DNA of 64,000 nt, taken from Rhizophagus irregularis. Its lineage: Eukaryota. Both the position numbers and the translations under genes were made by a program. The stretch spans positions 124,001-188,000 of the forward strand of contig NC_089431.1 of NCBI RefSeq assembly GCF_026210795.1. Direction: 5' to 3'. Below, piece after piece: positions 13,462 to 27,802 of this stretch. The notes under the pieces are model-generated. The model saw nothing but the letters and a program-made list of their open reading frames with translations, ran no database searches and was not told the DNA's origin. How positions within the stretch are numbered: the stretch's first letter is position 1; each line of letters begins with the position of its first letter.

Positions 13462-15859
13462 CTCTGTTAAAATAATAAATCTTTTTAGGGGAATAATTTA
13501 TTTTTTATAAATTAGCGTTAGTAGTACATTAAATAAACGATATTCAGAAAAAAAAGAAAATTTAGGATTAAAAAAAATAAATAAAAATTAAAATCTACTT
13601 ACCTTTGTTATGCTTAATACAAAGCAAAATGTGGTGAAATGATTTGAATGAACGGTAATGGTATTTCGCAAACGATGATAATAAAGATACAAAATAAAGT
13701 ATATTTATTCTTCAAGTTATCGCGAGGATGGGTTTCGTCAATTTATTACAATTGTGAGAAACATGATGATCTCAACATTATCACTTATATAACCTGTAGA
13801 ATATCATGTGATTCACTGCAAATAACTTTTATTAGTGAGTAGTGACGTCACTTTTCAAATGTGGATTTAAAAACAGCCATATCTAACTTTTAAAAATATT
13901 AATATTAGAACAAATGAAAATTTTTGAATTCTTTAGTTCCAACTTTTTTTAAACTAATTAATTTTAAACTCTTATTGAACGCTTATCATCATCATTGGAA
14001 ATATAAGATAATGTATGATTGTATGTTCAGTTACACTTTATAAATATGTGTTGTACCATTAGTCCATCTGTCCATGTGATCATACAATAAAGTCGCTCTG
14101 TTACAGGTCATCAGAAAGATTTATTATCAAAAAAAAAAATAAATAACTAAGAAAATGGAACTTCCTATCGATTTTGTTCAGTTTTAAAGTTATTCTTAAA
14201 AATCTTCTAGGCTTAGATTACAGTTTTTTATAGTCTATCTTCTGATTAAGTAATTAAGCTTTTAAAAATATCAACGTTACTCATAAATTTTCTGGATTTC
14301 TTTTCATTTTCTTTCCTTTTTTTTTGATATTTTGATTTAACTCTCGAAATACCGACTGTTATTTGTATTTAAACTATACCGATATGCAAAAATTATGGTT
14401 TATCATAATTTTTTAATATTGAAATGTAATAGGATACATTGTTATGACCATGCTTATAAATAAATACTTTAATTTCTTTTTATATAAATAATTTTAATCA
14501 TATTAACTACAAAACATATCGAAAATATTATCTTCGCTTTATCAGAGCTTTGTTTAGATTGTATAAAATTATTTAAAAAAATACTGTAACATTGATGTGC
14601 GTTTCGGTTCCTTGTAAATTTAATAGTATTGAATGAATTTTTCAAGTTAAAATATATGACGCGCGATTAAAATATTATTGTAATAACATACTTTGCGTAT
14701 GTATAAGTTTCAAATAATCGATTCGAGTTGATAATTAATTAGTTCTAAGGACATTAGTTGTAAAAATGTATTTTATAATATCCTTTGATCATTTTAGAAT
14801 AGAGTATAATAATTGAACAAAATCTTTTTCTTTGCTAAATCTGAAAATGAGATTTAATTTAAATATTAATATTTTAAAGTTCAAATATAAGTTAACCTAT
14901 AATAAACATTTTCCGTTAAAAAAAAATAGTATAATAACATAAGCTCTTTAATTTTTCAACTAAAATAATATTATGATTCTATGGTGGTGTTTGCTTCTGT
15001 AAGTATCTTCTAGTTTTTTGGATAAATAAATCAATACATACAACGCTTTTTTTTTGGTGACCTCATCCAAATCACTTGATTACAGTCAATTGTATAAATT
15101 AATAAAGAAAATGATGAGTTAGAATTTATTAATTTATTCAAATTCCTTTTCATATTTGTTTTATGTTTAACTTCTGTAGTGTTATGTTAAAAATATATTT
15201 ATTTAACTTATTTTTTCTTTAATTTAATTGTTAAATTTAAAACCATCAATGGATCATTTAAATAAAGGTTTATAAAATGTATTCTTTGACGAAATGGCTA
15301 TCATCTTTTCGGATGTCCGGCATTAAAGGACTATGTAACGGTTTGTCGATTATTTAAACCCTTCTAGGTAAATGTCACAAAATATTTCATCAGAAATTTA
15401 AAATCTACAATCGAATATTGTGGAAATATGTGGAAATCTGTATATTTTCGGCGTCCGTGTAGGATATTTGGGAATGTATGGAATTTCACGCTAATTTAAC
15501 ATGGCCTAAAAATTTTATATTTATGATGTAATCATTACGCAATAACCATATTGAAATTTCATACATTAAGTACTATTTACGACTAGAAATACATTTATTG
15601 AGTAAAACAACATACATAAGAGTAATATCTACAAAAATATGCGATTTTACCATTATACAATTAAACAATAATTATCTAGTTAGTAAAAAAGAATTAAGTT
15701 CTTTTATTTAAATAAAACAGATACGTATATATATATTGCATAAATGTAAAAAAAAAGTAAACAAAGGTATAAAATATAAAATAGAAATAAAAGTAAGGTT
15801 AACTTCAACTGTTCAACATATTCTTCAGCTACCTAAATCATAGATTTCAACGAAAAATT

Positions 15860-18166
15860 TCATTCAACACTATTTTCGCCATCTTGACAGATTTCGTTTA
15901 GTTCTATAAGAATAAGTAAATAAATAAATCAGATAGGAAATGTTAATAAAGTTATAAATAAATAATAACTTACCTAATTCACTTAGTTGAACATCTAAGC
16001 ATTCTGAAACTGTAAAGTAGTACTTGACTGTTAATAATTATTAATAACTTATAGCAATGATAATTAAGAGAAATATTTACTTGGATTCGCTAATATTGGT
16101 TGAATAGCATAATTGGTATATACTAGGAAAAAAAAAAATAAATTTAATAATGTAAATGGATTTTGATAACAAAATAAATAAGTTTAATTCCCTGTCGCAC
16201 TAAGTGTCACTCATGATTACTTTCATTGATTAGCTGAGTTTCCCGGCCTCATATATATAGCCGGGAAATTTCTAATTTTGGTTTAAAATTTCATAATCAC
16301 GTGTTAAATTGAATGAGTGACACAGCTGACACGCTCCTGCCGCCCATTTAAATGGGATGGGATCAGTATGGGTCATCCCAAATCCAAAATTCCAATCAAA
16401 ATCTTAATTCCTTAATTCCGGCCAGAATTAAATGATCGGCATAAAATATCCATTCTTGGAAACTCGTGTAACAAAAATTCGTGATTTTTCCGATCTTTTT
16501 TGAAATTTGTGTAACATCACGTGACTCCGACGCAAAAATGGGATTCTCCCAATCCCATTAATATGGGCGGCAAGTATACTCCTGGGGATTACCAACTCCC
16601 CATGAAATAAATAATATAAATTACCTGAATTAAATTGAAAAGATGATAAATCTGAAGAATTTACTGGTTTTGGAAGATTTTTAAAATTAAAAAGCCTACT
16701 AGTATAAATAGCTTGTGGATGTGTTTGAATATTTTTGGATTTATCTTTACTTGATCTGCTTTCAAACTTTTTTTTCCCAATTTTATCACATTCTCTTACT
16801 TGAGAACCAATTTCAGTATTCCTATAATATTTTAATTTATTCCATTTTGTTAATTTCTGATACAATTCTTTGGCAGTTGGTCTGCTTTCTATTTCTGCGT
16901 CCCAGCATTTCATTATCAAATCTGCAAGTAATTTTGGTATATCTTTAGAAATTTTTGGTCTCTGTCCTTTACATATTTTAATAGCTAAAAATCCATCATG
17001 TGGAATATCATTATAAGGAATTTCTTCAGAAAGAAACTCATTCATTATTATTCCAAATGAGTAAATATCTGCTGCTTTTGTATATCGATGTCCTCGTAAA
17101 ACTTCTGGTGCAATATATGGTAATACTCCATAAATTCCTTCTTCTTTAACAGTTTGCTTATTTACTGGTTGGCACATTCCTAAATCACTTATATACGGAA
17201 AGTTTGTAAATAATATATTACCCGAATGAAAATCTTTATGAACTTTCCTGGAAATATGAATATCTAAAAGTCCACTTGCAATTCGTTGTAATTTTTCAAA
17301 TTTTGTTCCATAATCTATATATTTTTCAGATTTATTCAAATAATCTCTCAAATTTCCATTATCACAATAATATAAAACCATCATATATTCATTAGTATTT
17401 GGATCTTGAGTAATTCCATAGCATTGAACAACATCAAGAAGATGAATCTGAAGATGAGATTTAATCTAATTGATTAAAAGGAAATTTCTCTATAATAAAT
17501 AAATGCAAGTAACAATTGTTAAATACAAGTCAAAGAAAATTTAAATTACCTCGTTTATAAAACCTAAGCTTATATCAGAAGAATTATTTAAACTTTTTAA
17601 TGCATATCTTCTATGTTTATGTTTGCTTCTATGCCATTTTTGATTTTCAATATCCCAATATTTAATATGTCCATCAGACCATTCAGCTGAGTATACTTTA
17701 CCAAAACCACCTTCTGCAATATAAGTAATATCTTGAAATTTTTCAAAAGGTATCCATTCAAGATATTTTTTATAATATACAGCATTAAGTTGTGATTGTT
17801 GTATAAATTCATCAATAACTTTATTTCCACTAGTCCAATTTTTAAAGTTATCCTCAAATCTCTTAGCATTACAAGGTTGACACCAGGTTTCTCCTGTACC
17901 AGGTTCATTACATTCTCCACATATTCCATATGCCTGTTTTCTTTTTTCTAAATCTTCCATATAAACTATTCTTTCATCTGTATCTTCTGATTCAGTAGTT
18001 GAATCAATAGTAGAAATCGTAACATGAAACTTTTAATGATCAAAAATTTATTACGATTTTAATTATAAAATTCATTACTATAATTATTAATAATAAATGG
18101 AATTTATAATACCTGGTACTCAGAAACATTAACAACATTCCATAAATCCTTTAGTTTTTTTTCCAT
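15860..18166 (-). CDS. TKL-type protein kinase copy 2 (6 exons, apparently intact)
   Basis: Exon 1 MEKKLKDLWNVVNVSEYQ|GT; exon 2 has CGEC..WCQPC and AEGGFG..YALK; exon 3 has HKDFHSGNIL, DLG, APE, DIYSFG. Short tail exons end at TGA 15860-15862. Intron 3 carries an insertion. Confidence 0.85.
16190..16603. mobile_element. Composite foldback insertion in kinase-2 intron 3
   Basis: Absent from the other three kinase introns. Inverted repeats TGTCACTCAT/ATGAGTGACA (16205/16313) and TGCCGCCCAT..ATGGGA (16338-16362 vs 16547-16572). Confidence 0.65.
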
Positions 18167-18584
18167 ACCAATTAGTTTGAATCGTATGAATTATAATTTT
18201 GTGTATGTAAGTAATTTAATCAAAGATAAATTTTAGAATTATAACGTAACAAAAGCTAAAACGTACGGGTCATGTACAAATTTGTACTACAGTTATACTA
18301 AGCTTAAACTGTTACAATTTTTTATAAAAAAAATGTACTAGACTAAATATAGCAATTTATAAAGAACATGCTTGTTACATTGTTACATCATCACAAAAAA
18401 AATTAATATTGTTAATATTGTTCAACTTTTTTCCGCTACTCATTATTTGTCACACTTAATTTCACGAGCTTACGTACCTTATAAATAGTATCTAATGATT
18501 ATAGAATTGTTTCAAACACAATATTGCTGATATTTCTTTAATATGTTTTTGGTAAATTAATATGTTAAAATATTACATTCATGT

Positions 18585-19087
18585 ATATTTACGTAAGGCT
18601 AACAAAAAAATCAAACCGTTTACGGTGGCAAAAAAAGATGACCGTATATTTTGTTTTATTTCTCTAGATTTTTGGAACCCGGACTTTTAGACGAGGTTCG
18701 GAATTACCGCCAGCTAGGAGTGCTTCTGAAAACTGGATGAAGATTAATTTTTGAGAATTTGGAATAGTGGAAGCGTATCACCGACATCACGTGCCGAACC
18801 GCAACCGACATAGAAGGGGAGTGTAACAGATCCTCACTATAGCACGGTAGATTGAATTGGATTTAGGTCTCTTTTTGAATGATATTAATTTTCTTTTTCT
18901 TGAGATAGTAGTTTATCTAGATAGTCTTATTGATATACAGTACATAGAATAATCCTGTAGTGTTTTTAGTAACGCATCCATACTAGTGTGTGCTGTGAAG
19001 TTAGTAGATAGAGATTATCCATGTATTTCTTGTTTTATTGTGTTTATATCTTTATATTACAATTTAATAAAGAAATGCGTGTTACTA
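18585..19087 (+). mobile_element. LTR-retrotransposon remnant: polypurine tract plus 3' LTR
   Basis: AGAAGGGGAG immediately precedes TGTAAC at 18822. AATAAA at ~19066 and GTTAC(T)A end at ~19081-19087. Segment absent at homologous sites (~11110, ~27398). Confidence 0.6.
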
Positions 19088-19391
19088 ACAAAAAAAAAAT
19101 GCATATTTACGTAAATTAAAGAATAAGGTGATTTTATTTTAGAAAAAATTAATATTTGATAACAGAGAATTTTTAAAAAAAAATTTTCTATCAATATTAA
19201 ACATAAATACATGTATATATATACGTATACCGTAGAAATCCAAACCCATCGAAAAATATATAATACAAAAAAAAACGTGAGAAAGAAAAGAACAAACTTC
19301 CACACATAAAAATAAAGAAAAACGTAAATAAAAAAAAAATTTATTTATATGTAAAATAAATAATTGTTTTCAGCTAAAAACAATATTTTTT

Positions 19392-21559
19392 TTATAAATT
19401 AGGTAATTTGATAATGTTTGTCTTCTAAGATGAGGTAATACAGGACGTTTAGTTAACCATTCACGTTTTTCCATTGAATCTGATAATCTTTTTCTTTCAT
19501 CAGCGCTTAAATGATCATTAATATCAGGTTTATTCCAAGAAGCTTTAGCGGCTGCTTCTGCTATGGGACTTATTACAGTAGTAGTAGTTGATACTGTAGT
19601 ACTAGCAGTATATGTGGTTAAGTATTGTAGTAAAAGCTGCATCAGATTCTTCTCTACTTGCACTACTATGATTTCTTTTTGTCATAATTGTTCGACGTGA
19701 TCCATCAGAATTTTCTTCAGCAATTAATCCCATTGAACTTTCGAATGATTTTTGTCTAATATGTCCTGAAATACTTCTTATACCCAAATTACTTGAAAAA
19801 TCATTACCATTAAAAATAGTATTCGTTCCTATGTTACTGGAGGGGTTGAAGAAACAAATAATGACGTTAATATAGAAGTAGTTGTTAACGTGCCACCACC
19901 ACCACCTCCTATCAAAGATTCATCATCACGTCCATTCTTCTTTTATCATCTTTTCTTGTTGCATTCGCTAATGCAAATCTACTCGTCACTAATGTGTTTG
20001 AGTGTTTTGTTTTCGGTTTTATTGCTCTAAAAAATTAATTTTAATAAATTGTTATTGTCGTTGTTAATAAGAATTAATTGTAATGAGCGTGATAAATAAC
20101 TTACTTGTATATGAAAAAAAATTGAACCAAATTTTGTAATATTGGTATTGTAAAATTCCATACGATTACGTATGTAATATTCGTATTATAATTAAATAAT
20201 GTACTTGATAGGTGAAAATAACCATAAGTAAATGACATTATTAAAAATATTGTCATAATAATTACTAATGAAGAAATTGCCAAACACAACTAGAAAAGAA
20301 AGAAGTAATGAATTTTGAAATTTTTGAAATTTTCGTTAAAAAAAAAAAAATTTAAAAAATTAAAAAATTTAAAGTAAAAAAAAAAAAATTTTTTTTAATA
20401 TTTAAAATCACTTACATAAATTACAGCACGTCTTAAAGTAGAAACAGTCCATTGCATATCAGAAGTACCACTAACAATTTCTTTACGTTTTAATGCTTTA
20501 ATATGATTCCATATAATAATTTATACCAATTATAAATCAAACTTATTAAAAAAATCATCACCTATAGTACCCAAACTATATGTATTCTACGAGTTGAATT
20601 CGCTTTATCTAAATCATTAATATCTACATAATGTCCTGTTATCCATGCGAGTGGTGATATTGGTAATATTAATAATAAAAAACCTATTATATCTGCTATA
20701 TATCTATTTGGTGAATTTTTATTATTACTATTATTTGTAAGTTCATTCTTTGATTCTTTTGTTGGAGTTATATAAGCTAATAAGAAAAAAAGAGAGAGAA
20801 GTGATTAGGAGAGATTAGAAGAGTTTAAAATTTTTTTTTCTTATTTTTTAATATAACTTACTTATGCTTATAGGGTATATTAACGCTAATCCAATGTCTA
20901 ATTCTCTACTTAAATCTTGACTAATTGATCGATCAAAAAAAAAAAAATTAAAAAAAAAATTGATTTCAGCCATAGTATAATTTGGATACGCGTCAAAAAA
21001 TACGTCTAATATATAAATCACAGGATAACGACAAGACGACAAGCTCTTATGGCCTTTATGGAGTGGACTATGGTAACGTACCACCAATTCTTTAACAATA
21101 GGAGACAATGGTGTGAGCTGGAATAGTCTAGGCAAGAGGCCAGGCTATATTTGAAATTTTCAGCGTACGGGTTTACAAATGCAATCTTCTATCATTTATT
21201 TGGTGTACAAAAATTAAGAAACATGATCAATTATTGCACCTTACGAGTCACGGCATTTTTGACTTTTGTTTTCACTTACACAAATTAGTAAATATGATTG
21301 GATGACTTCTTGAAGTTTTGCTCGTAAATAACCGCTTTCTTTTGTTGAAGATAACCAGAAGGGTTATTTCAATTATAATTTCTACCATATATAAATCCTA
21401 TCGCTATTATAAATATGTACAGTACAGTATAGTGTATCAATATCCAATGTAATCTTTACATCCTCTAAGTATTAACTAACAATGATGAAATTAATATAAT
21501 ATTCGTTAAATTTTTCGTTTCTTTTTTTGATATCGTAAAGTTTTGAATATCCGGACTAT
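19392..21559 (-). pseudogene. Degraded copy (C) of the 7TM gene
   Basis: Exons recognisable (CLAISSLVIIMT.., KASWNKPDIND..). ATG changed to ATA, deletions, and the shared ~180-bp insertion. Confidence 0.85.
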
Positions 21560-22016
21560 CTCTGTTAAAAAAAAATAATAATATTAGGGGAATAATTTAT
21601 TTTTTATATATTAGCGTTAGTAGTTAAATAAACGAAATTCAGAAAAAAAAAGAAAATTTAGGGTTAAAAAAATAAATAAAAGTTAAAAGCTACCTACCTT
21701 TATTATGCTTAATACAAAGCAAAATGTGGTGAAATGATTCGAATGAACGGTAAATGGTATTTCGCAAACGATGATAATAAAAATACAAAATAAAGTATAT
21801 TCTTCAAGTTATCGCGAGGATGGGTTTATCGTCAATTTACAAGAAATCGAAATGTGAGAAACAAGATGATCTCAACATACATTATCGCTTATATAACCTG
21901 TAGAGTATCATGTGATTCATTGCAAATAACTTTTTTTAGGAAAAGTTAGGTTGTTCAAAATTTGTTAGGAATTTTATTATTTTTTTTTTTTGAATTAGTA
22001 AACTTTTCATCATTAG

Positions 22017-22152
22017 TGTCCGAAATGTGTGATAAATAGTGTTTTTGAACCTCGGGCTTGCACGTGATCATGTGACGCTAAAAACCGCTAACCATCACTC
22101 CTTACTCTAAAGCTAATATATTCGGCGTAACCTGTCACACATTCCGGACCGG
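22017..22152. mobile_element. Small MITE with long target-site duplication (Mutator-like)
   Basis: Imperfect TIR GTCCGAAATGTGTGATA / TGTCACACATTCCGGAC. Direct repeat CATCATTAG(TG) at 22008 and 22153. Confidence 0.6.
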
Positions 22153-22422
22153 CATCATTAGTGAGTAGTGACGTCACTTTTCAATAAATATTAATATTAG
22201 AATTTTTAATTACAGTTCCAACTTTTTTTAAACTAATTAATTTTAAACTCTTATTGAACGCTTATCATCATTAGAAATATAAGATACTGTTGTTTGTACT
22301 AGTATGTTCAGTTATACTTTAATGTGTGTTGTACCATACTACCATTAATCAAACCGAAGCTTAGTAGTCCATGCGATCATACAATAAAGTCGCTCTATTA
22401 TATCTAAAAAATAAATAAGTAA

Positions 22423-23078
22423 CCCTCATAAAAAATTTCTCAGAAAAATGATCACGTGCTTGAGTTTCTTCGGAATAAAAAACTAGAAAATAGGGTTGGA
22501 TCGGTCCCAGGCTCCAAGCAAAGACCAGTCCTGTATCAGTCTTGGGACCGGTCTTCACGGTCTTCGGTCCGAGATTTGAGGACCGGTCCGGACCGGGACC
22601 GATTATATAAAATTTTTTATCTAATATAAAAATGATAAATTATATATTATTAATAAAGTTTTCATTGAAATATCAATTTTCATATTTTGGTATTTTGTAA
22701 TATCAATTCATTTGATTTCTCATTGATTGCTTTAAAAATGTTAAAGTAACGAGAAATAAAAATTTTTCGTATATGCAATTACTTTGTGTTACATGATCAG
22801 CATCAATTTTTATTTTTACTCTTAAACTTTGAGATTTTATTTAGGATGAAGGTAATAAATAATAAATTAATTTTTAACGCAATTCATTATCTTGTTGATC
22901 CAACCCAAGAATACCGCTGCTATAAATAAGATAATGAAAACTTTAAGGACCGGTCAAAAGACCGATCCGGTCCGGTCCTAGCTGAAAGACCGGTCTTTTT
23001 GGGACTGGACCGGATCACCGGACTAATCAAACCCTACTAGAAAAATGAGGAGTTTTTTCCAGAATATTTTTTATAGGG
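22423..23078. mobile_element. Short TIR element (CCCT.. termini) interrupted by a hAT MITE
   Basis: CCCTCATAAAAAATTTCTCAGAAAAA pairs with TTTTTTCCAGAATATTTTTTATAGGG. Absent at the homologous position ~14150. Confidence 0.55.
22491..23036. mobile_element. hAT-superfamily MITE
   Basis: TIRs TAGGGTTGGATCGGTCC / GGACTAATCAAACCCTA. Perfect 8-bp TSD CTAGAAAA (22483-22490, 23037-23044). Many GACCGGTC subterminal repeats. Confidence 0.9.
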
Positions 23079-24556
23079 AAAATGGAACTACCTATCGATT
23101 TAGTCCAGTTTTAAAGTTATTCTTAAAAATCTTCTATGATAAGATTACCAGTTTTTTATAATCTATCTTCTGATTAAGTAATTAAGCTTTTAAAAAATCT
23201 CAACGTTAAAGTACTCATAAATTTTCTGGATTTTCTTCGGATTTCTTTTCTTTTTTCTTTCCTTTTTTTATGGTATTTTGGATATTACTTTCGAAATATC
23301 GACTGTTACTTGTATTTAAACTATATTGATATGCAAAGGCTTTTAAAAATTATGGGTCATAATTTTTTAATATTGAAATGTAATAAGATACATTGTTTAT
23401 GACCATGCTTATAAATAAATATTTTACTTTTTATATAAATAATTTTAATCATATTAATTACAAAACATATCAAAAATACTATCTTCGCTTTATCAGAACT
23501 TTGTTTTAGATTGTATAAATTATTTGAAAAAATACTGTTGGACGTTTCGGTACTTTGTAAATTTAATACTAGGTAATGAATGAATTTTTCAAGTTAAAAA
23601 TATATGACGCGCGATTAATATATCTAAAATTCAAATATAAGACAAACTATTATAAACATTTTCAGTTAATTACTTTCATAATAAAATTCAAAAAAAAATA
23701 GTATAACATAAAACTCTTTTCTATTTTTCAACTAAAATACTTAGCATCTTATAATATCTGTTTTCCAGTTTTTGGGATAAATTAATCATGGTTTTTTTTT
23801 GGAAATCACTTGATTATAGTCACCGCTGTATAATACACGTAAAACAAATCATGTCATAAAACAACTGCGTACAAAAATGATGAGTTAGAATTTATTAATT
23901 TATTCAAATTTCCTTATTATACTTGTTTTTATGTTTCACTTCAGTAAAAATTACAATTATTAATTTAATTTGTTAAAGTTAAAACCATCAATGGATCATT
24001 TTAAAGGTTTATAAGATGTAGTAAATAATTAATAAAAAAAATTGTTCTTTTCATAATTCCGGCGAAATGGATTTCAGCGAAATGTCCTGATATCGGCTAA
24101 AAAATTTGCATGGGCTTTTGGCCAAAGCCTTATCTTTTCGGATGTCCGCCGGCATTAAACGGTTTATCGATTATATAAACCCCTTCTAAATCGAATATTC
24201 ATAAATATTTATTACGTAATTATCGATGTAAACTTTACGCAATGATCATATTGAAATTTCATTCATTAAGTATTCAGTTTGCGACTAGCGATGCATTTAT
24301 TAAGAAAAATAACATACATAGAGTAATAGCTACAAGATATTTGCGATCTTACCATTGTAAAATTAAACAATAACTATCCAATAAGTATAAAGAATTTAGG
24401 CTCTTTATTTAAATGAAAACGTAATTTCTAAATAAATACAACCGATACGTATATACTGTAAAAAGTAAACAAAGGTATCATATAAAATATAAAAATAGAA
24501 ATAAAAGGTTAATTTCAACTGTTCAACGTGATCTTCAGTTACTTAAACCATTGACT

Positions 24557-26471
24557 TCAACTTTCAATATTATTTTCATCATCTTGACAAATTTCATTTA
24601 GTTCTATAAAAATAGGTAAATAAATCAGATAAGAAATATTAATGAAGTTATAAATAAATAAAAACTTACCCGATTCACTTAATTGAACATCAAAGCATTC
24701 TGAAACTGTAAATTTAATAAAATGTATTTGACCGTTAATAAATATGAATGCAATAATCATAGTAACGATAATTAAAGAAAATACTTGCTTGGATCCGCTA
24801 ATGTTGATTGAATAGCATACTTAGCATCTATTGGGAAAAATAATAAAGTTAATAATGTAATGTAAATGGTTTTTCATAACAAAAATAAATAAGTTAATTT
24901 ACCTGAATTAAATTGAAATGATGATAAATCTGAAGAATTTACTGGTTTTGGAAGATTTTTAAAATTTAAAAGTCTACTAGTATAAATTGCTTGTGGATGT
25001 GTTTGAATATTTTTGGATTTATCTTTGCTTGATCTGCTTTCAAATTTTTTTTTTCCAATTTCATCAATTACTTTTATTTGTGAATAAATTTCACTATCTT
25101 CACTATTTTTACTATCTTTACTATATTTAATTTTGCTAATTTCAACATTCCATTTTGTTAATTTCTGATACAATTCTTTAGCAGTTGGTCTATTTTCTAT
25201 TTCTGCATCCCAACATTTAAAAATCAAATCTGTAAGTAATTTTGGTACATCTTCAGAAATTTTTGGTCTCTGTCCTTTACAAATTTTAACAGCTAAAAAT
25301 TCATCATGAGAAATATCACCATAAGGAATTTCTTCAGAAAGAAACTCATTCATTATTATTCCAAATGAGTAAATATCTGCTGCTTTTGTATATTGATGTC
25401 CTCGTAAAACTTCTGGTGCCATATATGGTAATACTCCATAAATTCCTTCTTCTTTAACTGATTTCTTATTTGCTGGTTGACACATTCCTAAATCACTTAT
25501 ATATGAATTAGAATAATGATCATATAATATATTACCCGAATGAAAATCTTTATGAACTTTCTCAACAATGTGAATGTCTAAAAGTCCTCTTGCAATTTGC
25601 TGTAATATATAAATTTTTGATTGATAACCTATATATTTTTCAGATTTATTCAAATAATTTCTCAAATTCCCACCATTACAGTAATATAAAACTATCATAT
25701 ACTCTTTAGTCTTTGGATCTTGAGTTATTCCATAACATGTAATAACATCAAAAAGATGAATCTGAAGATGAGATTTAATCTAATTGATAAAAAGAAATTT
25801 TGCTAATAAATAGATGCAAAAAATATTAAATATAAATAAACTAAATTCAAATTACCTCATTTAAAAAATCTGAACTTATATTAGAAGAATTATTCAAACT
25901 TTTCAATGCATAATTATCCCAACAACATCTTTGCCATTTTTGATTTTCAATATCCCAATATTCAATATTTCCTTCAGGCCATTTAGCTGAATATATTTTA
26001 CCAAATCCACCTTCTGCAATATAAGTAATATCTTGAAATTTTTCAAAAGGTATCCATTCAAGACATTTTTTATAATATAAAGCATTAAGTTGTGATTGTT
26101 GTATAAATTCATCAATATCTTTATTTCCACTAGTCCAATTTTTAAAGTTATCTTTAAATCTTTTAGCATTACAAGATTGACACCAATTTTCTCCTGTACC
26201 AGGTTCATTACATTCTCCACATATTCCATATACTTGTTTTCTTTTTTCTAAATCTTCCATATAAACTATTCTTTCATCTGCATCTTCTAATTCAGTAGTT
26301 GAATCAATGGTAGAAATTGTAACATGTTTCTTTTAATGTTCAAAAAATTATTACAATTTTAACTATAAAAATTCAATATTACTATAATTATTAATAATAA
26401 ATGTGAATTTATAATACCTGATATTCATCAATATAAACATTCTTCCATAAATTCTTTGGCTTATTTTCCAT
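24557..26471 (-). CDS. TKL-type protein kinase copy 3 (6 exons, intact)
   Basis: Exon 1 MENKPKNLWKNVYIDEYQ; all kinase motifs present; tail ISECFDVQLSESELNEICQDDENNIES*. Intron 4 needs a GC donor. Confidence 0.88.
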
Positions 26472-27802
26472 ACTAATTAGTTTGAATTATAAGAATTATA
26501 ATTTTATATACTATGCAAGTAATTTATTCAAACTAAATTTTAGAATTATAATACGTAAAAAAAAAGGTTAAAAAAAACGGGTTGGTCGGCGAGTATAAAT
26601 ATGCACAATTTGTACTACAGTTACATCAAGCTTAAACTGTTACAATTTTTTATGTAGAAAAAAAATAGTATTAGACTTAATATAGCAATTTATAAAGATA
26701 CTGATCATCACAAAAAAATTAATATTGTTCAACTTTTTTTTCAATCAATTCAACTCGTAATGGCTATATTTAATAAATCTAATTTTGATACGTTACTCAT
26801 TATTTTGTTACACTTAATTTCCAGGTTTGCCAAATCTCTAGATAGAAAAATGATGAGCTTATAAGTTTGATGTCCTTATAAATATTATTTAATGATTATA
26901 GAATCGATTCAAACACAATATTGCTGATATTTCTTTATATTCTAAATTGCAAAGACAAAAAGCCAAAGATATTTCACTTGAAACAGTCAAATAAACACAT
27001 GAGTAACATATGCTCATAATTGAAAATACTTGGAAGTTCCGGGCTGATTGAAACTGATGTTCTAGAAGAATCATAGAAGATGCCGTGTAACTCATTAGCT
27101 ATATTTTCACAAGGATGCACCTACTTTTTTCAAACAGGCGTAAGTTCAAATGATTTTCAGGAGTTGCTACATGGCAATGACTTGCTGTATTTTAAATTTA
27201 TTATCCAAATTAATATTCCATAATAAGTGCTTGTAAATATAGTAAAAATTTATGGCGTCTAAGTTAAATTTTATGACTTAATTAATTAATTATTTTATAT
27301 ATTATATGCTTTACTTGATAATACAAGCTTCTATAGAATCTCAATGAATATATTCTTGGTAAATTAATATGATAAAAAATATTAAAACATTACATTCATA
27401 AATTAAAGAGGTGATTTTATTTTAGAAAATTAATATTTGATAACATATATTCTCTAAGAGAATTTAAAATTTTTTTTTCTATTTTCAAATATCGCGGATT
27501 GCATGATATCTAAAAAAAAGTTCTTTTTTTTAATTAAAAGATTCAATATTAAACATAAAATACATGTATATATATATATACTAATACACATATACCGTAT
27601 ATAACCGAAGAAATCCAAACCCAACGAAAAATATATAATACAAAAAAAAATAAAATAAAATAACGTGAAGAACAAAACTCCCACCCATAAAAATAAAGAA
27701 AAAAAGATAATAAAAAAAAGAATAATATAATATATATATATAAGTACATTAATATAAATTAAAAATAAATAATTGTTTTTTATCTAGAAATATATATTTT
27801 TT

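Noticed and set aside
16428..16620. Extended C-terminus of the 318-aa kinase ORF
   Set aside because: Read-through past the conserved TCAG|GT donor into an intronic insertion.
18680..18760. GC-richer stretch with GGTTCG suggesting a tRNA or SINE
   Set aside because: No cloverleaf could be built; it lies inside the LTR-retroelement remnant.
27454..27749. Phe/Ile/Tyr-rich short ORFs (also 19057, 36649, 42358, 55615 and others)
   Set aside because: Low-complexity AT-rich UTR or intergenic sequence, many with TTG/GTG starts not expected in a fungus.
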